Origin: Candidatus Saganbacteria bacterium
GTDB taxonomy: Bacteria; Margulisbacteria; WOR-1; JAKLHX01
Length of the DNA stretch: 32,000 bases
Direction of reading: 5' to 3'
Assembly: GCA_026387835.1 (NCBI GenBank)
Contig: JAPLKZ010000010.1
Location: 176,379 to 208,378, forward strand
How positions within the stretch are numbered: the stretch's first letter is position 1; each line of letters opens with the position of its first letter. Both the position numbers and the translations under genes were made by a program. Shown here one piece after another: positions 25,081 through 32,000 of this stretch. The notes under the pieces are model-generated. The model saw only the letters and a program-made list of their open reading frames with translations. It searched no databases and was not told where the DNA came from.

Positions 25081-25204
25081 CAGTTAAAATATAGCATAAG
25101 AATCATTTGTTTTATAGCGGAAATGTTACCTCCCTGTTTTGTCATGCCATTCCATATTTGACTGAAATTTCCCGGATAAATGCCGATAGATATAAAAGAC
25201 ATAT

Positions 25205-25501
25205 ATGCGTACAGAACTGATAGACAAAAAAACCGATATCCGCACGCTCTCGAAAGACGTGATCTCTTCGTATCACGCGACGATCAAAAACAAGCGTTCA
25301 CCGAAAAAATGCATCTATCTAACTGACACTGAGTGCACGGCTCCCGGAAGTCTTTTTGAAGTCTGCAAGACATGCCCATATGGCTATATTTATTGTTTCG
25401 GTGATATCGTAAAAAATGTTTACAGAAAGACAGTCGGATTTACTATCGACCTGCTTAACAAAGAGATCTCGCTCAATTCTATTTTCAAAATAAACGATTA
25501 A
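25205..25501 (+). CDS. hypothetical Cys-containing small protein
   Basis: 98 aa with five Cys (C-x7-C-x9-CxxC-x6-C). There is no SD, and TATAAA lies 8 nt upstream of the ATG. Its stop is only 4 nt from the convergent ATPase stop. Coding status is uncertain. Confidence 0.4.
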   Translation: MRTELIDKKTDIRTLSKDVISSYHATIKNKRSPKKCIYLTDTECTAPGSLFEVCKTCPYGYIYCFGDIVKNVYRKTVGFTIDLLNKEISLNSIFKIND

Positions 25502-25505
25502 GCTG

Positions 25506-26630
25506 TCATTGGTCTTGGCAGACACTTTTTTGGACTTCTTCCTCTGTTGTCAGGCCGTCCTTTGCTTTCTCTATCCCGGCCTCAAAAAGATTTTTTAACG
25601 AGGCTGCTTTTTCCAGGGATTTTCTTTCGGCTTTTTTTGAGATCAGGTTCCGTATCTCATCGCTGATAAATATTATCTCGTAGATCCCTGTCCTGCCCTT
25701 GAACCCGGTAAAAGAACATTCTCTGCATTTCGGGCACGAAAGCCGGACAAGCCTTTGCCCGATGACACAGGACAAAGAAGATGCTATAAGATAATTTTCT
25801 ATCCCCATGTCCGTGAGCCGCTCTATCGCTCCTGCCGCCGAATTTGTATGGAGAGTAGAAAACACCAGGTGCCCTGTCATCGCCGCCTGCACGGCGATAC
25901 GCGCGGTCACTTCATCCCTGATCTCACCTACCATGACGATATCCGGATCCTGCCTCAGTATAGAGCGGAGACCTTTTTCAAATGAATATCCCGTCTTGTA
26001 ATTTACCTGCGTCTGATTTATGTTCGGGAGCTGATATTCGACGGGATCTTCGATGGCGATGATGTTCTTTTCCGGTGAATTTATCTCGTTCAGGGACGCG
26101 TAAAGCGTCGTCGTTTTTCCCGAACCCGTCGGTCCTGTCACAAGCACAAGCCCCTGCGGCCTGTTGATGACCTTTCTATATTTATGCAGGTCCTCCTCCT
26201 GCATTCCCAGATCGTCAAGGGTCCTTAAAATACTGTTCCTGTCAAGCAGCCTCAGAACGGTTTTTTCCCCGAATATGACAGGGATCGTCGAGACCCTGAT
26301 ATCGATCTCTTTGCCGCCCATAGAAAGATGCGTTTTCCCGTCCTGGGGAAGGCGCGTCTCGGCGATGTCCAGGTCCACCATGATTTTTACGCGGGAGACG
26401 ACCGAAGATATCATCGACCTGTGGACAGTCACAGCGTTCTGCAGTATCCCGTCGACACGGAAACGCACCTTCAGATTGTGCTGGGTCGGCTCAAGGTGGA
26501 TATCGCTTGCACCTATCCCGACCGCTTTTTCTATAAGATCATTTACAAGCGTGGTCGCTCCATTTAAATTCTGCTGCTGAGGATGTTCTTTCTTCATACC
26601 TTCCTTTATGATTGAAGCCCAGCAGAGCAT
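25506..26630 (-). CDS. type II/IV secretion-family ATPase (GspE/PilB/ComGA-like, minimal form)
   Basis: GASDIHLEP, RFRVDGIL, Walker A GPTGSGKTT, Walker B DPDIVMVGEIRD and the His box TGHLVFSTLHTN are present. The C-terminal CPKCRECSFTGFKGRTGIYE is unusual. The start is ATG 26630 or ATG 26597; the latter has an AAGGAAGG SD. Confidence 0.9.
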   Translation of the reverse strand: MLCWASIIKEGMKKEHPQQQNLNGATTLVNDLIEKAVGIGASDIHLEPTQHNLKVRFRVDGILQNAVTVHRSMISSVVSRVKIMVDLDIAETRLPQDGKTHLSMGGKEIDIRVSTIPVIFGEKTVLRLLDRNSILRTLDDLGMQEEDLHKYRKVINRPQGLVLVTGPTGSGKTTTLYASLNEINSPEKNIIAIEDPVEYQLPNINQTQVNYKTGYSFEKGLRSILRQDPDIVMVGEIRDEVTARIAVQAAMTGHLVFSTLHTNSAAGAIERLTDMGIENYLIASSLSCVIGQRLVRLSCPKCRECSFTGFKGRTGIYEIIFISDEIRNLISKKAERKSLEKAASLKNLFEAGIEKAKDGLTTEEEVQKSVCQDQ

Positions 26631-26829
26631 GGATATATCCGTGCTCCGACGAAAGCCCCAGGAAATGACACTGGTTTTCCCTGCAGACCTCGATAAAAAG
26701 GTCCAAAACGTAAGTGGTTCCGCGTTTATCCTTGAGTTCTTTATAAGACTTAATGGTGAAGACCGGTATTTTATATATTTTCAGCTTCTTATCGGATGAA
26801 AAGAATTGTATGATGCTCGGATTTGACAT
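26539..26829 (-). CDS. hypothetical protein (96 aa) overlapping the ATPase start out of frame
   Basis: ATG 26829 (MSNPSIIQFF...) has a strong AAGGAGG SD 8 nt upstream. The ORF runs 59-92 nt into the ATPase ORF in another frame. I recognise no family. Confidence 0.6.
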   Translation of the reverse strand: MSNPSIIQFFSSDKKLKIYKIPVFTIKSYKELKDKRGTTYVLDLFIEVCRENQCHFLGLSSEHGYIHALLGFNHKGRYEERTSSAAEFKWSDHACK

Positions 26830-26884
26830 GCTTTTCCCTCCTTTTGAAGAGGTCATGAGCAATTTGCCCGCCATCCTCACCCCT

Positions 26885-26963
26885 GCGCTTCGCGCTTTCC
26901 CCTCTCCATCAAAGATGGAGAGGGGTGCCCGAGCCTGCGAGGGCGGGGTGAGGTGTAGGATTT
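26885..26963. repeat. GC-rich nested inverted-repeat element (predicted four-helix junction)
   Basis: The outer stem is a perfect 9 bp (CCTCACCCC/GGGGTGAGG). It encloses GCGC-TTC-GCGC, a perfect 12-bp hairpin CCCCTCTCCATC-AAA-GATGGAGAGGGG, and GCCC-N10-GGGC. Confidence 0.6.
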
Positions 26964-26981
26964 TTCAACAGTGAGAGGTTA

Positions 26982-27824
26982 TTACAAGCCAAGGGCTTTC
27001 TTTGCCGCTGCCCACATTATCTCGACCGGAGCGCCTTTGCCAGTCCAGACCTCGAGGGAAGCCGCGCCCTGGCGCACAAGCATCCCGAGACCTGTGATCG
27101 CTTTAGCGCCTTTTGACCTCGCCAGCTTTACAAGCTTTGTTTCTGCCGGATTATAGACAAGATCGTAAACGAAAAGGTCTTTATGAAAAGGGAAATCATC
27201 CCCGACCGGACAGGCGTTCACCTTCGGGTACATACCGACAGGAGAAGCATTCACTAAAATATCCGCCGCTGTGATCACCCTTGAAAGTTCCGCGCTGTCT
27301 TTTATTAACTGCAGACTGCCAAAATATTTTGACATGTCTTTTATCAGTTTTTCCGCCTTTTGTCTGTCAATATCAAATACCGAGACTTTGGCCGCTTTTT
27401 TAAAATAAAGGCCGAATACCAATGCCCTGCACGCGCCGCCTGCTCCAAGGATGACGGCGTTTTTGCCAGATGGATCGATCTTCGCGTCATTTTCAAGAGA
27501 ATCGATAAAGCCTATTGAGTCGGTATTACATCCGGACAATTTGCCGTTCCGGTTCTTTACGGTATTTACAGCCCCTATGATAGTTGAAGCAGCATCCGTA
27601 GAATCGATATATTTGCTTGCCGCTTCTTTGAAGGGTACTGTCACATTGAAGCCTAAAACGTTGCCGAGCCTGAACTTTGATATTTTTTCCGCGAGATCTT
27701 TTTCGTCATGCACAAGCATCGCTTCATAATTGCAGTCCAGCCCGAGATATTTTAGCGCGGCATTTTGCATCTGCGGCGAGATGCTGTGCCCGACAGGATT
27801 GCCAATAAGATATAGATATTTCAT
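26982..27824 (-). CDS. aroE: shikimate dehydrogenase
   Basis: MKYLYLIGNPVGHSISPQMQN, NVTVPFK and GAGGACRA are present. I prefer ATG 27824. The TTG at 27863 used by the track coincides with a -35 box. Confidence 0.92.
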   Translation of the reverse strand: MKYLYLIGNPVGHSISPQMQNAALKYLGLDCNYEAMLVHDEKDLAEKISKFRLGNVLGFNVTVPFKEAASKYIDSTDAASTIIGAVNTVKNRNGKLSGCNTDSIGFIDSLENDAKIDPSGKNAVILGAGGACRALVFGLYFKKAAKVSVFDIDRQKAEKLIKDMSKYFGSLQLIKDSAELSRVITAADILVNASPVGMYPKVNACPVGDDFPFHKDLFVYDLVYNPAETKLVKLARSKGAKAITGLGMLVRQGAASLEVWTGKGAPVEIMWAAAKKALGL

Positions 27825-27834
27825 GGCCAAATAA

Positions 27835-27863
27835 AGTATAACATCGCCGGCCTTTACAGGCAA
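27835..27863 (-). promoter_or_regulatory. sigma70-like promoter TTGCCT-N17-(TGt)TATACT, 10 nt upstream of the aroE ATG
   Basis: -35 at 27858-27863 and -10 at 27835-27840 (minus strand). The gap TTATTTGGCC has no SD. Confidence 0.5.
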
Positions 27864-27940
27864 AGATCAGCGTTTAGGAACAACAATTCATTTACTTAAA
27901 AGTGATAATAATATATAATATTCAGACAAAGGAGAATTGC

Positions 27941-28405
27941 ATGAAAAAGCCGAAGATCGCCGTCATTGTCGGCAGTAAAAGTGACCTTCCGAAGATCGAA
28001 GCGGGGCTTGCGCTTCTTGATAAATTCGGCATAACACACGAACTGATCATTGCTTCGGCACACAGGACCCCGCAAAAAGTCATGGCTTTTGCAAAGAATG
28101 CCGACAAGGACTTTGAGCTGATCATCGCCGGCGCAGGAATGGCGGCGCACCTGCCGGGAATCATCGCTTCATATACGACGCTTCCCGTTATCGGACTTCC
28201 GATATCGTCCCAGGCCCTCGGCGGTTTTGACTCTCTATATTCGATAGTACAGATGCCGCCGGGGATCCCTGTCGCGACCGTGGCTGTGGACGGGGCCAAG
28301 AACGCGGCTATCCTTGCGGCGCAGATACTCGCGTTGAAGTATCCCGGATTGACCAAGAAACTTAAAGATCTAAAAAAAGAGTTGAAAGTGAAAGGGAAAA
28401 TCTAG
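27941..28405 (+). CDS. purE: 5-(carboxyamino)imidazole ribonucleotide mutase
   Basis: KIAVIVGSKSDLP, SAHRTP and IAGAGMAAHLPG are present. ATG 27941 has an AAGGAG SD. The track ORF begins earlier, at 27902. Confidence 0.93.
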   Translation: MKKPKIAVIVGSKSDLPKIEAGLALLDKFGITHELIIASAHRTPQKVMAFAKNADKDFELIIAGAGMAAHLPGIIASYTTLPVIGLPISSQALGGFDSLYSIVQMPPGIPVATVAVDGAKNAAILAAQILALKYPGLTKKLKDLKKELKVKGKI

Positions 28406-28472
28406 TGCCCGGCAGCTCGTGACCGGTGTCCGGTACAAGTCAAGGGTCACAGGCCGCTAGTCACTTGTCTTT

Positions 28473-29051
28473 ATGAACCTAAACTGGATAGATATTGTCG
28501 TTCTCGTTATCCTCGGCTTGACCGTTATCCGCAGCTTTTTGCGCGGCATGATAAGGTCGATCTTTGACATCATCGCTCTCGGGGTCTCCATCTGGCTCGG
28601 TTTTATCTGGTACAGGGATGTCTCTCTTTACCTGACAAGCTATATCAAGCTTCCCGGCAATCTGGTCTATACGATCAGTTTTTTGCTTGTATTTATAGGG
28701 GTTTATCTTATCACCAGTCTCATAGGCTATCTTTTGCACCGACTGATCGGAAGAGGCTTTCTCGGACCCGTTAATTCTCTTGCCGGAGGCGCTATCGGTT
28801 TTGCCAAAGGTATTATCATTGTCTGGATAGCTCTCCAGATCATAATAATATTCCCGCTCCCGCCGAATATTTCGACCCCGTTAAAGACTTCCCAGACATT
28901 GAATATTTTAAAGCCTGCGCTTGAGTTCACGGCGCAGACAGTATTCAGGATAATGCCTAAGGATATTCCGACATTTAATGACTTTTTCAAGGACGACAAG
29001 CCGGGCAAGAAAAAGGTTATCATAGAGGGGAAAGAAAGGATAAAGCACTAA
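28473..29051 (+). CDS. cvpA: CvpA family membrane protein
   Basis: 192 aa. MNLNWIDIVVLVILGLTVIRSFLRG and four or more hydrophobic segments are typical of CvpA. Confidence 0.85.
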   Translation: MNLNWIDIVVLVILGLTVIRSFLRGMIRSIFDIIALGVSIWLGFIWYRDVSLYLTSYIKLPGNLVYTISFLLVFIGVYLITSLIGYLLHRLIGRGFLGPVNSLAGGAIGFAKGIIIVWIALQIIIIFPLPPNISTPLKTSQTLNILKPALEFTAQTVFRIMPKDIPTFNDFFKDDKPGKKKVIIEGKERIKH

Positions 29052-30241
29052 TGAAATATATCATCCTCGTGGGTGACGGGATGCCTGACAGGCCCTTAAA
29101 AGAACTCGGCGGCAGTACACCGCTTCAGGCGGCCGAAACTCTCAATATGGATTTAGTCGCGAGTTCCGGAGTTTGCGGGATGGCTAACTTTGTTCCGGGC
29201 TCCATGCCTCCAGGCTCTGATGTCGCGAACTTAAGCCTGTTCGGCTACGACCCGTTGAAATATTATACGGGAAGAGGCCCTTTCGAGGCCGCCAGCATGG
29301 GAGTGGCGCTTGAAGAGAATGATGTAGCCTTCAGGTGCAACCTCGTGACAATAAAAGACGGGGTCATGGATGACTTCAGCGCCGGCCATGTCACAACTGC
29401 CGAAGCAAGGAAGATGGTCCTCGAACTGAACTCCAAACTCTCAAGCGATGAGGTGAAATTTTATCCGGGCGTCAGCTACCGCCACCTTTGCGTTATCAAG
29501 AACGGCCCGCGCCAGGCCGAGTGCACGCCGCCGCATGATATCAGCGGCAAAAATATTGGTGCTTATCTTCCGAAAGGCCAGGGAGAATCGCTCTTGAACG
29601 AGCTGATGCAGAGGTCCATCCCTTTCCTGCAAAGTTCCGCGGTCAATAAAAAACGCGTAAAAGCCGGGCAGAAGCCCGCGACACAGATCTGGCTTTGGGG
29701 ACAGGGAGTAAAGCCTTCGATGCCGACCTACGAACAAAAATATAATGTCACGGGCTCGGTCATCACGGCTGTCGACCTGATAAAAGGCATCGGCGTCTAT
29801 GCGGGCCTCGATGTCATAAATGTGCCGGGCGCCACGGGATACCTGGACACAAATTACAAAGGAAAAGCGGAGTATGCCCTGCAGTCGTTAAAAGTAAAGG
29901 ATTTTGTCTTTGTCCACGTTGAATCTCCCGACGAGTGCGGCCATAACGGCGACATCAAAGGAAAAATAAAAGCGATAGAGGACTTTGACAAAATGGTAGT
30001 GGAAACTATATTAAAGGGCGTCAGGGATTTTAAAGAATGGAGGGTCCTTGTGACAGCGGACCACCCCACCCCGATAGCTATCAAGACTCACGCAAGGGGA
30101 ATGGTGCCTTTCGCCGTCTGCGGCACGGGCATCGAAAAAGGCGGGATAAAAAAGTTTTCTGAAAAAACCATCGAGAAGAGCAGGATAAAGATCGAAAAGG
30201 GATACACGCTTCCGTCAAAGTTCTTTAAGGGGGTATTCTAA
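29051..30241 (+). CDS. apgM: cofactor-independent phosphoglycerate mutase, archaeal/ApgM type
   Basis: 396 aa. [15 protein letters not shown]..., [12 protein letters not shown] and TADHPTP are present. Its start overlaps cvpA in a TAATG junction. Confidence 0.9.
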   Translation: MKYIILVGDGMPDRPLKELGGSTPLQAAETLNMDLVASSGVCGMANFVPGSMPPGSDVANLSLFGYDPLKYYTGRGPFEAASMGVALEENDVAFRCNLVTIKDGVMDDFSAGHVTTAEARKMVLELNSKLSSDEVKFYPGVSYRHLCVIKNGPRQAECTPPHDISGKNIGAYLPKGQGESLLNELMQRSIPFLQSSAVNKKRVKAGQKPATQIWLWGQGVKPSMPTYEQKYNVTGSVITAVDLIKGIGVYAGLDVINVPGATGYLDTNYKGKAEYALQSLKVKDFVFVHVESPDECGHNGDIKGKIKAIEDFDKMVVETILKGVRDFKEWRVLVTADHPTPIAIKTHARGMVPFAVCGTGIEKGGIKKFSEKTIEKSRIKIEKGYTLPSKFFKGVF

Positions 30242-31107
30242 TGGATAAAATAAAGACCGTCGCGATAATCGGCATGGGCCTCATCGGCGGTTCGCTCGGG
30301 ATGGCGATAAAAAACAAAGACCTCGCCGAGAAAGTCATCGGGGTAAGCCGCAACGCCGATCATCTGAAAGAAGCAAAAGCAAAAGAAGCGCTTGATGAAT
30401 TCACTATCGACCCGATCGAAGCCTCCAGGGACGCAGACCTCGTATTTGTGACCACTCCGATCAGGACCATAGTCCCGATAGTGAAAACGATCTTTCCGGT
30501 GGTAAAAAAAGGTTGCATAATAACCGATGTGGGATCTTCTAAACTTGAGATAGTCGGGGAACTTGAAAGTATTTCTCCGGAAGGGATATTTTTTATCGGA
30601 GGCCATCCTATGGCGGGATCGGAACGCTCCGGGATCAAGGCCGCGACAAAGTTCCTTTTTGAAGGAACGAACTATTGCCTTACTCCGACCGGTAAAACAG
30701 ACAAAGAAGCTTTAAAAAAACTGATCGCGTTCATAGAAAATTTCGATGTGAGGATATCGGTCATTCCGCCCGACCTGCATGACATCGCCGTGGCGGGGAT
30801 CAGCCACATGCCGCTCGCTGTCGCGGCCAGCCTTGTCAACATGGTCTGCGACATGAAAGAAGCAAAGACCGAGATGCTGGCCCTTGCCTCTTCCGGGTTC
30901 AGGGATACTACCCGCATTGCCGCCGGCAGTGTCGAGATGGGCCGCGACATGTTCACGACCAACAAAAAAGCCGTACTAAAAATGATCAAAGAATTCAAGG
31001 CTTCACTCGAAAAGATAGAGGCCGTCATCGAAGAAGGCGACGCCGAAAAGATCACCGCGGAGCTTGAAAAAGCAAAAAAACTAAGGACGGATATGTATGC
31101 AGCTTGA
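30241..31107 (+). CDS. tyrA: prephenate dehydrogenase
   Basis: 288 aa with the Rossmann motif VAIIGMGLIGGSLG, GGHPMAGSE and DRITA-like RDTTRIA. Its start overlaps apgM in a TAATG junction. Confidence 0.92.
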   Translation: MDKIKTVAIIGMGLIGGSLGMAIKNKDLAEKVIGVSRNADHLKEAKAKEALDEFTIDPIEASRDADLVFVTTPIRTIVPIVKTIFPVVKKGCIITDVGSSKLEIVGELESISPEGIFFIGGHPMAGSERSGIKAATKFLFEGTNYCLTPTGKTDKEALKKLIAFIENFDVRISVIPPDLHDIAVAGISHMPLAVAASLVNMVCDMKEAKTEMLALASSGFRDTTRIAAGSVEMGRDMFTTNKKAVLKMIKEFKASLEKIEAVIEEGDAEKITAELEKAKKLRTDMYAA

Positions 31108-32000
31108 GATGTCGCCGGCAAAAAGTATCCGGGGAAAGATCTCTGTCCCGGCCGATAAATCCATTTCTCACCGTTCGATAATGCTGTCTGCTTTATCGGA
31201 CGGCAAATGCCTCATCGAAAATTTCCTGGAAGCGGAAGACTGTATGAGGACTGTCGAGTGTTTCAGGACAATGGGGATCGGGATCACCAAAGATAAGGAC
31301 CTAAATAACGCCTATATTGTGGACGGGAAAGGGATGTCGGGACTTTCCGTTCCGAAAGACATCCTTTACGCCGGAAATTCCGGAACTGCGATAAGGCTGA
31401 TCCTTGGCATACTCGCGGGACAGCCCTTCCAGGCGATGATAACAGGGGACGAATCGATCAAAAAAAGGCCGATGCTGCGCGTCGTGGAGCCGCTCAGAAA
31501 TATGGGGGCGCGCATCACGGGCAGAGAGAACGGCAACTTTGCCCCCCTCGAGATAAAGGGAGGGAACCTGAGATCTATAGATTATGTCCTTCCGGTCGCA
31601 AGCGCCCAGATAAAATCTTCTTTGATGCTCGCTTCCCTTTTTGCCGAGGGTGTGACAAGGATAACCGAACCGGCCGCTTCAAGGGACCATACCGAGAGGA
31701 TGTTCGGGCATTTCGGGATACCTTTCACAAAAAAAGAAAATACCATCCATATCGGTAAAGTCCAAAATATCAGGCCTGCTTCCGTGTGGATACCAGGGGA
31801 TATTTCTTCGGCCGCATTTTTTATCGTCGCCGCGCTTATCGTGCCCGGTTCGGAGGTCCTGATCAAAAATGTCGGGTTAAACCCCACAAGGACCGGTATC
31901 ATCGATGTCCTGCACCGCATGGGCGCAAAGATCGAGATCCAAAATGAAACGATATTATCGGGGGAGCCCCGCGGAGATATCATCGCAAGATCAAGCGATC
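31097..32000 (+). CDS. aroA: 3-phosphoshikimate 1-carboxyvinyltransferase (3'-truncated by the window end)
   Basis: The frame is open from ATG 31097 (alternative ATG 31109) to the window end. The translation MQLEMSPAKSIRGKISVPADKSISHRSIMLSAL...NSGTAIRL...KKRPM is classic EPSP synthase. It is absent from the ORF track because no stop falls in the window. Confidence 0.92.
   Translation, partial: MQLEMSPAKSIRGKISVPADKSISHRSIMLSALSDGKCLIENFLEAEDCMRTVECFRTMGIGITKDKDLNNAYIVDGKGMSGLSVPKDILYAGNSGTAIRLILGILAGQPFQAMITGDESIKKRPMLRVVEPLRNMGARITGRENGNFAPLEIKGGNLRSIDYVLPVASAQIKSSLMLASLFAEGVTRITEPAASRDHTERMFGHFGIPFTKKENTIHIGKVQNIRPASVWIPGDISSAAFFIVAALIVPGSEVLIKNVGLNPTRTGIIDVLHRMGAKIEIQNETILSGEPRGDIIARSSD

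Noticed and set aside
24137-25087. 316-aa plus-strand ORF spanning smpB and plsC
   Set aside because: It is antisense to two confidently identified genes, and it even crosses their intergenic gap. Its composition is that of a shadow frame (Phe/Ser/Pro/Ile-rich).
26597-26640. Programmed +1 frameshift fusing the 96-aa ORF to the ATPase
   Set aside because: There is no slippery or prfB-like (CUU UGA) motif, and no in-frame stop at the junction that would stall the ribosome. Overlapping genes or an assembly indel are simpler explanations. I kept the overlap itself as a finding, not as a recoding claim.
26830-26880. An upstream GTG start (MRMAGKLLMTSSKGGKS...) for the 96-aa ORF, as in the ORF track
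   Set aside because: The GTG lies inside the outer stem of the GC-rich element and has no SD. ATG 26829 has an AAGGAGG SD at ideal spacing.
26885-26963. A tRNA or tRNA-like gene, suggested by the cloverleaf-like four-helix layout
   Set aside because: The helix lengths (9, 4, 12 and 4 bp) and the 3-nt loops do not fit a tRNA. There is no GTTC T-loop, no anticodon loop of 7 nt, and no conserved D-loop residues.
27902-27940. Upstream extension of purE in the ORF track
   Set aside because: ATG 27941 is preceded by an AAGGAG SD and gives the canonical MKKPKIAVIVGSKSD N-terminus. The extension covers the promoter-like AT-rich region.
31582-31983. 133-aa minus-strand ORF near the window end
   Set aside because: It is antisense to the unmistakable aroA (EPSP synthase) reading frame. 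aroA is missing from the ORF track only because it has no stop within the window.
1-32000. CRISPR arrays, tandem repeats, rRNA or tRNA genes, transposases or integrases
   Set aside because: I saw no regularly spaced direct repeats and no non-coding gap longer than ~130 nt apart from ssrA. No ORF carries DDE, tyrosine-recombinase or serine-recombinase motifs.

Overview
This is a compact bacterial window, with about 90% of it coding and most genes in tight or overlapping operons. The content is mainly housekeeping.

**Annotated content**
- gatCAB.
- A ribosomal operon: rpsP, a KH-domain gene, ylqD, trmD, rplS, lepB and rnhB.
- Shikimate and aromatic amino acid genes: aroC, aroE, tyrA and aroA.
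- ispH.
- DAP and peptidoglycan genes: a dapL-type aminotransferase, dapF, murI and a multi-AMIN-domain amidase.
- queD, cca, plsC, purE, cvpA, apgM and a short class-3 FBPase-like enzyme.
- An smpB...ssrA (tmRNA) locus.
- I found no rRNA, tRNA, CRISPR array, transposase or integrase.

**No clearly novel multi-gene system is visible.** The observations most worth following up are:
1. Two uncharacterised ORFs are wedged, with translational-coupling geometry, between smpB and the tmRNA gene.
2. The tmRNA itself appears to encode an atypically long tag that does not end in Ala-Ala.
3. An orphan minimal GspE/ComGA-like ATPase has a collapsed Cys motif. A strongly SD-driven 96-aa ORF overlaps its start out of frame.
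4. A 79-nt GC-rich nested four-helix palindromic element lies just downstream of aroE.
5. A visibly AT-richer four-gene islet sits next to the tmRNA 3' end.
6. A -10 box recurs 6-10 nt upstream of the ATG at operon-first genes, which suggests widespread leaderless mRNAs.

All functional calls come from motif recognition by eye. No database search was run.
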